The notes: generated from the letters alone by a model not told the origin. A stretch of 64,000 nt of DNA from a virus (IMGVR_UViG_3300037467_002029:1-64000); one strand, 5' to 3'. Shown: positions 36,205-45,969, counted from the stretch's first letter. Numbers and translations: made by a program.

Positions 36205-38678
36205 GGGGCGACAAATCCTGCGGGTGGGGTGCGGGTGAAACCGGAGAAGCGCATGGTGCACTGGCCGCCGTTGGCGAACTGTGCTGCTGGATAGAGAGCC
36301 GCAGAGCCCATCGCGGAGATGTCGAGACCGCCTACCCCGGTAGCGGGATTGGCGCTTGCTCCGGGGAGCCAGGAGCCAGCCGAGGCCCCATCGGCCGCGG
36401 CGACGCGCCACCAGACCTTCTTGGCATCGACATCGACGGCCATGTCCACGCCATCGCCAGTGACGTAGGTGGCATAACCTGAGTTCGCACTTCCGTTGTA
36501 GTCAGTGAAGCCGTTCTTCCAATAAGTCGCCATGTTGGCGTTCGCGGCGCCGTCCCCGAACAGCTCATGGTTGCCGCCCTGCGACAGCGTTGCCGTGGCG
36601 TTGGCAACCGCTGCGTACATATTGGCATTGTTCATCTTGTATTCGACGTAGAACTTGCCGGTCGATGGGTACGAACGGTTCGTGCGGATCGCCATGACGC
36701 CGCTGCCATCGACGCCCACTGCGGTGAGGTTGCCATTGCTCAGTGTGATCGTGCCGAATTTGTCGGTGGCGCTCCACGTCATCGCAACGACAGCATCGGT
36801 CGGGCTGATGGCGGGGCCAACGTAACTGTAGCCAAGGCCGTTGGGGCTGTTCGTGTAAACCGTGGGGCGCAGATACTGAGTGGCTGTGGGGGCGGTAAGG
36901 CCAGCGGCGGCGAGGCCGGAGCTTAGGTTCGCCCCGGATTGCAGATCGTCGTTGGTGAGTTCGTAGTAAACGTCCTGGACGCGCGTGGTGTTGTCCATGA
37001 TCGAGCCGGAACTGAAAACCTCCCAGCGTGTCATGTAACCGGCATAGACCTTGGCCCCGAAGGTGATGTTCCAGGTCATCGGCGTCACGCCCGAGGCCGA
37101 CGTCCGCGTGAACGCGGTGATGGCGTTCGTAAGATCGATCGCGACGGTCGCCGCCGTCGCTGCGGAGCGCGTCTCGGCCGATGGTCCGGTGCCGTTGGTC
37201 GCCACAACGCCAACCTTGAACGTCTTGCCGGCGTCGTTGTCGTTGACCAGCAGGGCGTCGTTGGTTGCCCCGCCGATGGCGACGAAGCCGCTGCCGCCGT
37301 CGGCGTACCATTGGTAGGCGTAGCCGGTCGGAGCGTTCGTCCACGTGCCCGTTGAGGCATAAAGCGTTTGCCCGACCACGGCATCGCCGGAGATGGCCGG
37401 GGCGACGGTGTTGACCGGAACCGCTCCGGTCACCGTCGTCGAAGTGAACGTGTCGCTCGTGGCGCCGACTGTCAGGGTCGTATTAACCGCTGTTGAAGCG
37501 CTTGCGGACGATGTGTGACGAACCGCCAAGGTGTCGCCGTTCACAACTGTAACTGGCCCAGCGCCCCAAGTGCCGCCGTTCTTCTGCAACTGGCTGGAGG
37601 CGTCACCGCTGATCGAGGCCGTGGCGCTGTCGCTGGCGCCAAGCCCAGCGATCGTGATCGTGTTCGATGTCTCGAGCGTGCTAAGCGGTGCACTGGGTAC
37701 ATCGGTGAAGCTGAAGGCGCTTGGTGACGTGTCGTTCAGATTAGAGACAGCGATCGCGAGCGTCGTCGAGCGCGGAGAATTGGCGCTGTCGGCCAAGGTC
37801 TCTACGATGGTAATATTGTGACTGGTGGCGGCCTCGTAATTGAGCAGAGATCCGTCCGCGACAGTGACCTGGCCGGTCGATGCGTTGATGGCGAACCGCC
37901 CAGCCGCGTTATCCGACAGGCTCTTAGTTGAGCCGGCGGTATACCCCGTCGGTGTTCCAACAATCGTGGTGTTCGCGGAATTCTCAGGAACGCTGAGCGA
38001 ACCGGTAAGAGCAGCCAAGCTTGGCTGTTCGAAGACATTGCTGACTGACACGGCGAGGGTCGTCGAGCGCGGCGAGTTCGCGCTGTCAGCCAAGGTCTCA
38101 ACGATGGTGATGTTGTGGCTGGTAGCTGCCTCGTAATTGAGCAGCGAGCCATTCGCGACGGTAATTTGTCCGGTCGATGCGTTGATCGAGAAGCGACCGC
38201 TAGCGTCGTCGGAAAGACTCTTCGTGGAACCCGCTGTGTACCCGGTCGGTGTGCCCACCACCGAGCCATTGGCCGAGTTTTCGGCGATGCTCAGGGAGCC
38301 GGTGAGCGCGGCCAGATTTGGCTGTTCGGAAACGTTGACGACGGTCACGGTCAGCGTCGTCGACCTGGGGGACCCTACCGCACCGGTCAGGGTCTCTACG
38401 ATTGTCACTGAATGGCTTGTCGCAGCTTCGTAATTGGTCGGTGTTGCGGCCGCGACCAGGTTGCCGCCCGAGATCGTGAAGCGACCACCGGCGTCGTTCG
38501 AAAGAGATAGGGTCGAGCCACTCGATTTATTGAGGATCGAGCCCACCACCGTACCAGCCACGGAGTTCTCGGCGATGGTGCTGTTGTTGAGCCCAAGAGC
38601 CTGCAGCGCTGAGCTGGCGCCTTTGATGACCTTGAGCGCCTTCGAAGAAGGCCGGAGGACGACCCGATACCGGTTCAT
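36201..38678 (-). CDS. Cadherin-repeat / Ig-like / SPRY-like adhesin or fibre
   Basis: Three IAENS...GRFxI...LNYEAATSHxITIVETL repeats; C-terminal GKFYVEY...VDMAVDVDAKKVWW. Confidence 0.8.
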   Translation of the reverse strand: MNRYRVVLRPSSKALKVIKGASSALQALGLNNSTIAENSVAGTVVGSILNKSSGSTLSLSNDAGGRFTISGGNLVAAATPTNYEAATSHSVTIVETLTGAVGSPRSTTLTVTVVNVSEQPNLAALTGSLSIAENSANGSVVGTPTGYTAGSTKSLSDDASGRFSINASTGQITVANGSLLNYEAATSHNITIVETLADSANSPRSTTLAVSVSNVFEQPSLAALTGSLSVPENSANTTIVGTPTGYTAGSTKSLSDNAAGRFAINASTGQVTVADGSLLNYEAATSHNITIVETLADSANSPRSTTLAIAVSNLNDTSPSAFSFTDVPSAPLSTLETSNTITIAGLGASDSATASISGDASSQLQKNGGTWGAGPVTVVNGDTLAVRHTSSASASTAVNTTLTVGATSDTFTSTTVTGAVPVNTVAPAISGDAVVGQTLYASTGTWTNAPTGYAYQWYADGGSGFVAIGGATNDALLVNDNDAGKTFKVGVVATNGTGPSAETRSAATAATVAIDLTNAITAFTRTSASGVTPMTWNITFGAKVYAGYMTRWEVFSSGSIMDNTTRVQDVYYELTNDDLQSGANLSSGLAAAGLTAPTATQYLRPTVYTNSPNGLGYSYVGPAISPTDAVVAMTWSATDKFGTITLSNGNLTAVGVDGSGVMAIRTNRSYPSTGKFYVEYKMNNANMYAAVANATATLSQGGNHELFGDGAANANMATYWKNGFTDYNGSANSGYATYVTGDGVDMAVDVDAKKVWWRVAAADGASAGSWLPGASANPATGVGGLDISAMGSAALYPAAQFANGGQCTMRFSGFTRTPPAGFVAP

Positions 38679-39004
38679 TCGACCCACCCGTAGATGTAGA
38701 CGGTCCCTACCCAGAGCGGCGTCGGCTCAGGAGCCGTATTGTCGAGGACGACAAAGTCCTTGTTTGAGGCTGCGTAGATGACCTTGATGTCGGCGTTGGT
38801 GAGCTCGAGCAGCAGCTCGTCTGTCGTTGCTCCAGCAACGAGCGTCTTATTGATGCCCGTGCCGCACTCGAACGTGACGCTCACACCGGTCATGTCTCGG
38901 GGGAGGTCGTTGTCGTCGACGAAATTCACCGAAATGACGACACCCTGCCGGCCGTGCAGCTGGATATCGCCATTGTCGTCGACGATGTCGGGGATGATCT
39001 TCAC
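38675..39004 (-). CDS. Ig-like adaptor protein, paralog of 41762..42085
   Basis: Shares GDI.H, PRDMTG, AGATTDEL, LW.G motifs. Confidence 0.6.
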   Translation of the reverse strand: MKIIPDIVDDNGDIQLHGRQGVVISVNFVDDNDLPRDMTGVSVTFECGTGINKTLVAGATTDELLLELTNADIKVIYAASNKDFVVLDNTAPEPTPLWVGTVYIYGWVE

Positions 39005-39060
39005 GCGAAGGTCGTGACGTCGTCGAGCGCACGCTTCGAGGAAAGACGAGGCAACCGCGA

Positions 39061-39780
39061 TCAACCAAGCAAAAAAGCGTAGCCATATTGTTTTCGCGCT
39101 GCCGCCACCGCTGCCTTCACGCCAATCGTGACGCCTGCCCAGATCGAGCTGGTGGTCGTCATTGAGAAGAATACGCCTCCAGTGGGCGCACCGCTTGGCG
39201 TCAGCTGATTGACGATGATTCCGCCGCCAGCGCCGCTCGCGGTCGACTGGTTGAAGATAAAGGCGTTGCTTCCTGCCTGTCCGCCCCACGACGGACTCGA
39301 ATTGGTCGCAGCCGTGGCGCTGTCGCGGTCCGTGAAGAAGCAGGCCAGCACGAGGTCGTTGGCGGTAAGGTTGGCCTGCGCGATCGAGTTGGTTGTGAAG
39401 CTCGTCTGCGCGACGCTGGCGCCGGTAAATCCGCTAGTGATGAACGGCGTTGTCGCGTCGCAGCCGCTGAAGGTGATCAGTGTAGCGTCGGTATGATCTC
39501 CGCTATCGCCAACGGCGATGCCGCCGCTGATGTCAGTCGAACTGATGCTGGCCTTGTAATAGACGAAGCCCTTGGTGATGCCCGCTGCGCCAGGCGTGCC
39601 TGTAGTTGAAAGGCTATCGAGGAGGGTAAACCCTGTGGGGGTGGATGGGAGATTTTGCCCCGCCGTCTCGATGAGTAACAGGGCCGCTTCACCAGCCGTT
39701 GCGCCAGTGCCGAACGCGACGGTGATGCCCGCCGTGCCCGCCGCGAGAGTGGTGGAGACGCTCGTGCGGGTAACGCCCAT
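39061..39780 (-). CDS. Beta-rich virion accessory protein
   Basis: Gly/Thr/Ser-rich, in fibre cluster. Confidence 0.55.
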   Translation of the reverse strand: MGVTRTSVSTTLAAGTAGITVAFGTGATAGEAALLLIETAGQNLPSTPTGFTLLDSLSTTGTPGAAGITKGFVYYKASISSTDISGGIAVGDSGDHTDATLITFSGCDATTPFITSGFTGASVAQTSFTTNSIAQANLTANDLVLACFFTDRDSATAATNSSPSWGGQAGSNAFIFNQSTASGAGGGIIVNQLTPSGAPTGGVFFSMTTTSSIWAGVTIGVKAAVAAARKQYGYAFLLG

Positions 39781-39783
39781 GCC

Positions 39784-40203
39784 TTAGCTCCACTGGATAC
39801 GTAGCGTGACAGTGATCCGCTTGGCGTTGTCGTTCGCGGAGACGCTCGCGCGCAGACAATCGCCCTGGGCAAGCACGGTACTACCCCACCCGGTGAGCGT
39901 CGTGTCCTGGTTCTTTTGCGCCGCGCTGGTGTTCGGCTTGTCCGTGCCGGCGATCGAGGCCACGGTGGGGAAATTGGCGTAGGTGCCGCGCAGAATATCG
40001 ACCGAGCAGGTGGCACTGGTGTCAGTTGAGATCGTCCAGCCAACGATAGTCGCGGCACCGGGCAGATCCGGGAGATCCACTGTCTGGTTGGCGGCAATGA
40101 CGGAACCACCCCCATCGATGACGAAGGTGATTGAGGCGTAGGTGGGGCTGAACGCCTGCGAGGAGTCTGAACTCCTCGTCAGAGCGCCGCTGTAGAACTT
40201 CAT
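39784..40203 (-). CDS. Fibre-tip-like beta-sandwich protein
   Basis: ITFVIDGGGSVI...VDILRGTYANFP...GDCLRASV. Confidence 0.55.
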   Translation of the reverse strand: MKFYSGALTRSSDSSQAFSPTYASITFVIDGGGSVIAANQTVDLPDLPGAATIVGWTISTDTSATCSVDILRGTYANFPTVASIAGTDKPNTSAAQKNQDTTLTGWGSTVLAQGDCLRASVSANDNAKRITVTLRIQWS

Positions 40204-41282
40204 TAGCCGACGACCAGCGCTTTGATCGCGTTCGAGGCCGGCGCGCTTGAGAAGGTCAAGGTGACGTTGTTGACGTCGGTCGCAACCCAGTCGACCAGGA
40301 TTGCTTCATTCGTCGAGGCAAGGCGCACGGAGACGGCCACGTCCTGGGTATTGAGATTGTGATTGAGTGCGATGCTCGTCGCGGCTCCGTTACCGACCGT
40401 GAACGCGACCTTTCGCGCAACGACTGCGGTGTCGATCGCCACGCCGGCCGCCGATACACTGATGCCCGTCGAGGGCTTGACCGAGAAGCTGTTGCCGGTG
40501 AGCAGCAGGCCGTTGCCGTTGGTGTAGCTCGTGCCACCCGTGAACTGGGTGATTGTGATGCTGGTCGTGCCGAGCGTGATTGCGCCGGTGTTCGCGCAGC
40601 GCCAAGTCGAGGCCCCATAGGTGCCACCTTCCTCGACGTACCAGGTTGCACCAGGTGTGATCTCGCCAGTTGCGTCGGCATCCGTTGCGCGCGACCAGGC
40701 GCCGGCTGCTACGACATAGACGCCGTTCTGACTGCCCGTAGTCTGCGCTGTCAGAAGAACTCGGTCACCCGCGACAAGGCTGACACTGTCGATCGTCTGG
40801 GTGCCCGTCAGCGCGACGTTGGCGACCGCGATCGCGCGGACGGAAGGCTTGCTGTCGATGCCAGCGGCGGCGTTCTGCACCTGCGCGTCGACATAATTCT
40901 TGGTCGCTGCGTCCTGTGGGTTCGTCGGATCCGTGACGTTGATGATCTTGTGCGAGGCCATCGACAGATCGACGTTCGGAGCCGCGAACTGATCGAGGCG
41001 ATAGCCCTGAACGGTCGTCGCAAGATCGCTGATCGTCGCTGCCAGCTGGGTTCCAGTGTGGTTGGCGCGCGCCAGATAAAAAGCCGCGTTCTGGCCGTTC
41101 AGCAGCGCAGAATCCGTCGCCTTGTTCGCGAACGAGGTGCCGTTGTAGGTGAGCAGCTGATTGGTGGCAGTGTTGAAATAGGTTTGACCGACGGCGGGCG
41201 AGCTCGGATCCGCCGAGAGCGGATCGATAACGATGCTCTTCGCCGCGTTCTTCTGGAAGTCTTGAGCGTTGTAGATCTTCAT
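40203..41282 (-). CDS. Fibre protein (putative head fibre)
   Basis: DPTNPQDAATKNYVD, GDRVLLTAQTTGSQNGVYVV...WSRATDAD, C-terminal HNLN domain. Confidence 0.7.
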   Translation of the reverse strand: MKIYNAQDFQKNAAKSIVIDPLSADPSSPAVGQTYFNTATNQLLTYNGTSFANKATDSALLNGQNAAFYLARANHTGTQLAATISDLATTVQGYRLDQFAAPNVDLSMASHKIINVTDPTNPQDAATKNYVDAQVQNAAAGIDSKPSVRAIAVANVALTGTQTIDSVSLVAGDRVLLTAQTTGSQNGVYVVAAGAWSRATDADATGEITPGATWYVEEGGTYGASTWRCANTGAITLGTTSITITQFTGGTSYTNGNGLLLTGNSFSVKPSTGISVSAAGVAIDTAVVARKVAFTVGNGAATSIALNHNLNTQDVAVSVRLASTNEAILVDWVATDVNNVTLTFSSAPASNAIKALVVG

Positions 41283-41294
41283 CGGTCAGGGCTC

Positions 41295-41561
41295 CTACGA
41301 GAGGTCAGCGGAGCCCAGCGTGGGCTGACTGAAGGTGATGGTGAGGACGTTCTCGTCGAGGTGTTGGACGTCGGCGACGATCACGTCGCCAACCGAGTCA
41401 CGGATCGAGACGACCGGATAGCGACCAAGATTGTGCGGAATCATCCACACCAGCTGAGCTGACGGCGCAGTCCAGGTGAAACCGCGCTCGGCGCGCACGG
41501 AATTGAACTCGCCCGCCACGCGCACGGTAAAATCCTGCAGACGTTCCTGAAGCGTGGTCAA
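41295..41561 (-). CDS. Small fibre-associated protein (HNLGRYP domain)
   Basis: Resembles C-terminal domain of 40203..41282. Confidence 0.6.
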   Translation of the reverse strand: MTTLQERLQDFTVRVAGEFNSVRAERGFTWTAPSAQLVWMIPHNLGRYPVVSIRDSVGDVIVADVQHLDENVLTITFSQPTLGSADLS

Positions 41562-41573
41562 GCGAGCGTGTCC

Positions 41574-41765
41574 TCATAAGACGAGATTGGTCTCGAAGAG
41601 CAGCACCAGATCGCCGGGATCGGGTATCTGCCCCGGTTCCACAGGAACCGGGCTTGCACTTTGAACAACGCGAAGCTGCGCGCTACGTGGAGCGAGCTGC
41701 ACCACGGCGGTGGCGCCATCCCTCAGAACAATTCGCTCGATGCTCTTGGCTGTGATCGTGATCAT
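41574..41765 (-). CDS. Small hypothetical protein
   Basis: Ends DPGDLVLLFETNLVL; ATGA overlap. Confidence 0.5.
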   Translation of the reverse strand: MITITAKSIERIVLRDGATAVVQLAPRSAQLRVVQSASPVPVEPGQIPDPGDLVLLFETNLVL

Positions 41766-42085
41766 GCAAAGCCGGTCACGAGCAATATGCCGCTCCACAG
41801 GTTATTGGCGGGGTCAGCCGTCTCATCGATAAGGGCGAAATCGGCCTTCTTGCCGACTAGGGTGTTGTAGAAGCCAACAGGGATCTCGAGGACTAGCTCA
41901 TCCGTCGTGGCGCCCGCGATCAGCGTAATCGTGGCTCCGTCCTGGACATAGAGCTTCACCGTCGCGCCGGTCATATCCCGGGGCGAACCATCCTCCTGCT
42001 GGAAGAAGATCGGGATCCGAAGCCCCTCCTTCGCATGGAAGACGATGTCCCCTTCCTCGGTGATCGGTGATGGCATGCTGATCAT
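41762..42085 (-). CDS. Ig-like adaptor protein (BppU-N-like), first gene after portal
   Basis: PRDMTGATVKLYV...AGATTDELVL. Confidence 0.6.
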   Translation of the reverse strand: MISMPSPITEEGDIVFHAKEGLRIPIFFQQEDGSPRDMTGATVKLYVQDGATITLIAGATTDELVLEIPVGFYNTLVGKKADFALIDETADPANNLWSGILLVTGFA

Positions 42086-43575
42086 ACGTCGACCTCAAAG
42101 TGGAGCTTGGTTCCTGATCCAGGCTTCGAGGCGTTCGACTTCGCTGATTTCCCGCCTTCGGGTGCGAGCGACCGGCCATGGCTGTCCTGGTTCGGCGAGA
42201 CACTCGTGACATCGACGTTCGCGGCTCCAGCGTTGGGGGCGAGAAAGTTCGTGCCGGAAAGTTCCGGTGTGCCGACGGGTGGCGGCCGACCGTACATCTC
42301 CATGTGATATTCGAGGTCGGTGATGAGCCCGGCTGACAGATCCTGTTTCAGGCGGGCCGACTTCATGACCTTCTGCGGCTCGAGCTCGAGGACCGGTCGG
42401 AGCTCGACCGGATTGAACCGCGCCTCGACGCGGCCCTGATAACCGGCCATGCGAGCCGCGAGCGTCAACGCTTGCGTGAGCACACCGCAGATCGAACGAT
42501 TGAGACTGTCGGCGCCGAGCGCGAAGAGCCGCGCCTCGGTCCCCGCCACCTGCCCGCCGTCGGCTTTGCCGACGACTGCCGGCATGACTTTCAGCGCGGC
42601 CTGGTTCTGGGCATCGAGCACGTCGATGACACCTTGGATCTGCAGACCCGCGCCGGGGTTCTTGTCGTTAATGACTTTCGCCGTGACCGCGCTCGAGTGA
42701 ACCAAAGCCTGGTCCGACCTGATCTGGTTGAGCGACGTCTTAATCTTGTTAATCTCGTCCTCGACGAACTTCCGCATCTCCTGCGGGTTCTGGCGAATGG
42801 TGACCGGTGCGTTCTGGATCAGCACCTCCTCCATCACCTCGAAGTCGAGGCGCGGGTAACCGACCACGCGCATGATGCGGTAGAGTTCGTTGATCACCTC
42901 CTGGCGTGCGGCGATCGTGTTGATCGCCGCCACGAAGGGCGAGAAGGTGTAGACGTCGGTCGGGTTCTGATGGAACCGGCTGACGAAGAAGCTCGGGATG
43001 TTGAGGTCTATCTGGACCTGGGCGCCTTTCGGCTTCTGCACGGGTGAGTACACACCCGGCTGCTTCTCGTTCCAGACCAGGCTGACCGGGTCGACGAGAC
43101 GAAGCTCGGAGGGCACCATCTGTTTGTCGAAGACGAGCTCGGCCGCGTTCATGCCGCGGAGCAGCATGTAGTAACGCAGGTCTTGGGCCAGCCCCGACAG
43201 CAACGGCTTATTCGAGAAGCCGACGCTGTAGTCCGAGACAACCGTGAGCTGCTCAAGGATTTGACGCCCGAGCTGGATGCCTTGGGCGTCGAGCTGCGCG
43301 TTCGCGTCGAAAGCCCAGACCACCAGATCCGCACTCGAGGCGATCGTCAGGTAGGCGTGAACCGCAGCAGAGACGTCGGGATCGTGATTGACCGCGGCGT
43401 TGAGCAGGTCGCGAGAGTCCGACGTCAGTCGGCTGTCGTACAGCTGATTGAGGTGGTCACGGTACTGCGGTGCCGTCAGCAGCGGATTGTTGCCCTTGAA
43501 GGTCGGCGTGTAGCTCTTGCCGCCCTTGAGCTTCCCCTTGGGGAGAATGAGTTTGACGGGATTGAGGGACGCCAT
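42082..43575 (-). CDS. Portal protein
   Basis: 497 aa immediately after TerL; DPDVSAAV, VGYPRLD. Confidence 0.8.
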   Translation of the reverse strand: MASLNPVKLILPKGKLKGGKSYTPTFKGNNPLLTAPQYRDHLNQLYDSRLTSDSRDLLNAAVNHDPDVSAAVHAYLTIASSADLVVWAFDANAQLDAQGIQLGRQILEQLTVVSDYSVGFSNKPLLSGLAQDLRYYMLLRGMNAAELVFDKQMVPSELRLVDPVSLVWNEKQPGVYSPVQKPKGAQVQIDLNIPSFFVSRFHQNPTDVYTFSPFVAAINTIAARQEVINELYRIMRVVGYPRLDFEVMEEVLIQNAPVTIRQNPQEMRKFVEDEINKIKTSLNQIRSDQALVHSSAVTAKVINDKNPGAGLQIQGVIDVLDAQNQAALKVMPAVVGKADGGQVAGTEARLFALGADSLNRSICGVLTQALTLAARMAGYQGRVEARFNPVELRPVLELEPQKVMKSARLKQDLSAGLITDLEYHMEMYGRPPPVGTPELSGTNFLAPNAGAANVDVTSVSPNQDSHGRSLAPEGGKSAKSNASKPGSGTKLHFEVDV

Positions 43576-45311
43576 CAGCCGAGCCTCGACGCGCGCGCAG
43601 CGCTGCCCAGGAGATGGGTCTTCGCCTGGTCACCGGTATCGGCGCCATCGACCATGCTGGAGGTTGCGATAACCCCGCTCTGGGTCTGGTACATGTGCTC
43701 GCAGATCCTCCGGCTCAACAGATTGAAAGCCATCGAGTGGAAGAAGTGGTCGTTGCCGCTCGTCTTCTTCCACGTCGCTTCGGCGTTTGCGTCAGGGCTC
43801 TCATCGCGCACCATGTCGCAGAGGTGTGTGATGAGCGTCTCCCTCAAATGCGTGTAACCACCGATCACCATCTTCCTTTGAGAGATGGTCGCGAGCATCC
43901 GATCGAAGATCAGCGTCTGGTTGCCCGAGTAGTGGGTGAGGACTCCGAGCTCGTCCTTGTGCGGCGACAGCGCCGCGGTGCCGCGCCACTGGATTGGCAT
44001 GACCAGCCCCGTCGTGAAGTCGCGGAGCGCGTCAGCGGTCGGAGTGAACGGGAACCGGTCGATCCCGGCAGAGGCGATGTTGTAGACCTTGCGAAGCTCG
44101 GCGATCCGCGCCTCGAGGCGCGAAACCGGTACCTGCTCGAAGAGGATCCAGACGGGCTCGCCGTTCTCGTTGTCGTACGAGAGGGTGAGGTAGCACTGGA
44201 AGCCAACGTCGACGCCCAGGAAGACGGGTATGTCGTGCGAGATGTTGGGGATCTCGGCGGACCCGCGCGCCATGCAGGCTTCGATGTCTTCCCGCTGGAC
44301 CTGGCTGTCGGCTGAGTTGTGAGGTTCGCCGAGCACCGTGTTGTAGAAGCCGCGGATGAACCCCGATTTCAGGTACTTGGCGAGCTGGGTGAAGACATAG
44401 TCCGGTGACAGCCGGCCGGCGGAGAACGGTCGGACGTAGTAGCCACGGAAGGCCGTGCGGCTCGGATGTCGGGCGACCCATTCGCGGGTGCTGGCGTTTG
44501 CCAGGTCGAGCGCCCGGTGACAGCGCTCGCACTTCACATAGGTTTCGGAGAGATCCATCGTCGCGATGATCTCTGCGGTGAGGTCGGTGAACTTCTCGAG
44601 GTCGAGCTGCTCGAACTCGGGGCAGTGGACGAACTTCCGGGTGAAGAGCGGCACCTGCCAATGGTTGCAGGCCTCACAGCGGATCTCGTACTCGCGCTGG
44701 TCAGTGAGCTTGTAGTCCCGATCGATCCCGTAGCCCTTGAAGGTCGGGGTCGAGAACTTCTGCGTGATCCGCATCGACGAGTTCTGCAGACGCGACTGGT
44801 ACAGACCGATCATGTCCTCGGGGGAGAGATCGAGCTCGTCGTGCATGAGGAAGTCGGCGGGGATCGAGGTCGCGTCGTCTTCGCCGCACCCGGTGATGTA
44901 GCCGAAGCTCTCGCGGATCTGGATCAGGCCGGTGGAACGGATCGGCTTGATGTCGGACGGCGGATTGAAGACGTCGTCGCGATCGAGGATCGGTTTGAGG
45001 CGGGTCTTGTAGACGCGCTTGAACATGTCCTCGTTCGGCAGCGAGAAGATGCCCGACACGGCGTCGTTGCGAGTGAGGATCCCAAGATATTTGCGGAGCT
45101 GAACCTCGGTGAGGCCCACCTGGGAGCATTTGATCACCGACATGTCGGGGTGCATGTCGTCGATGATCGCGCGCTGAAATTCGTAGCTCTGGAACGAGAA
45201 CGGCACCGCACGACGGATCGTCGTGTTGTTGCAGATCCACTCGCTCATCGGCTGGGTCGAGGATCCAGCGCCGTAGCGTTGCCTGACGGTCTGGTAGAGG
45301 TCCTCGAACAT
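43575..45311 (-). CDS. Terminase large subunit (lambda GpA-like)
   Basis: KCSQVGLTE, LMHDELD, FSTPT, CEAC/CERC zinc fingers, FYNTVLGEP, LGVDVG, DHFFHS. Confidence 0.9.
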   Translation of the reverse strand: MFEDLYQTVRQRYGAGSSTQPMSEWICNNTTIRRAVPFSFQSYEFQRAIIDDMHPDMSVIKCSQVGLTEVQLRKYLGILTRNDAVSGIFSLPNEDMFKRVYKTRLKPILDRDDVFNPPSDIKPIRSTGLIQIRESFGYITGCGEDDATSIPADFLMHDELDLSPEDMIGLYQSRLQNSSMRITQKFSTPTFKGYGIDRDYKLTDQREYEIRCEACNHWQVPLFTRKFVHCPEFEQLDLEKFTDLTAEIIATMDLSETYVKCERCHRALDLANASTREWVARHPSRTAFRGYYVRPFSAGRLSPDYVFTQLAKYLKSGFIRGFYNTVLGEPHNSADSQVQREDIEACMARGSAEIPNISHDIPVFLGVDVGFQCYLTLSYDNENGEPVWILFEQVPVSRLEARIAELRKVYNIASAGIDRFPFTPTADALRDFTTGLVMPIQWRGTAALSPHKDELGVLTHYSGNQTLIFDRMLATISQRKMVIGGYTHLRETLITHLCDMVRDESPDANAEATWKKTSGNDHFFHSMAFNLLSRRICEHMYQTQSGVIATSSMVDGADTGDQAKTHLLGSAARASRLG

Positions 45312-45377
45312 CGGTGAGGGTTAACCGGGGTTTTGCATCCGGCAACAAGGGTGAAATGTGACTTGGTGGACAACCAA

Positions 45378-45390
45378 GTGACTGAGTCAC
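45378..45390. promoter_or_regulatory. Palindromic operator GTGAC-TGA-GTCAC in divergent promoter region
   Basis: Between TerL (-) and 45441 (+). Confidence 0.7.
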
Positions 45391-45440
45391 ATCAGAAAGT
45401 TGGCTGGAATTGAAATCGCCGACCCGGTCTTAGGGTCGGA

Positions 45441-45968
45441 ATGAGCAATTACCCCACCCTGCGTCTCGGCGTGCTGCAAGGCATCGTCGATCTGAAAGCC
45501 GCGTGCGACGCCAAGCCAGGCTTTTTGCGGGCGTCAGATTGTCCCTACGACAACGACACCGTTTCCATCCTCGAGAAGCTGTTCAAGCCGGTCGAGATCG
45601 AGGTCATCAAGGAGGTGATCGTCGAGAAGCCGGAGCGCGGCAAGGTCGGCCGGCCGACGAACAAGAAAGAGCTGTCCGAAGACGACGCCGCCGAGCTCGA
45701 AAACGAAGCCAAGGAAATGCTGACCGAGCTTCGCCAGATGGCGAAGAAGGATGACGGTGCGCTCAAGGATCTCGACACCCAGACCAAGCTGACGATCCTC
45801 AAGACGAGGGCCTCGCTGATGGAGAAGCTGGTCTCGATCCGCGAGCGCTTCACCAGTTCGCGCAAGGTGCTGGAATTCCAGAACACCGTCGTCGGCATCC
45901 TCGACGACCTCATCCCCGAAGACATGCGCGACGAATTTCTGAAGCGCCTCGAGCCTTACCGGAGCTAA
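45441..45968 (+). CDS. Hypothetical protein, terminase small subunit candidate
   Basis: 175 aa helical, KVGRP motif, adjacent to but divergent from TerL. Confidence 0.35.
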   Translation: MSNYPTLRLGVLQGIVDLKAACDAKPGFLRASDCPYDNDTVSILEKLFKPVEIEVIKEVIVEKPERGKVGRPTNKKELSEDDAAELENEAKEMLTELRQMAKKDDGALKDLDTQTKLTILKTRASLMEKLVSIRERFTSSRKVLEFQNTVVGILDDLIPEDMRDEFLKRLEPYRS

Positions 45969-45969
45969 T

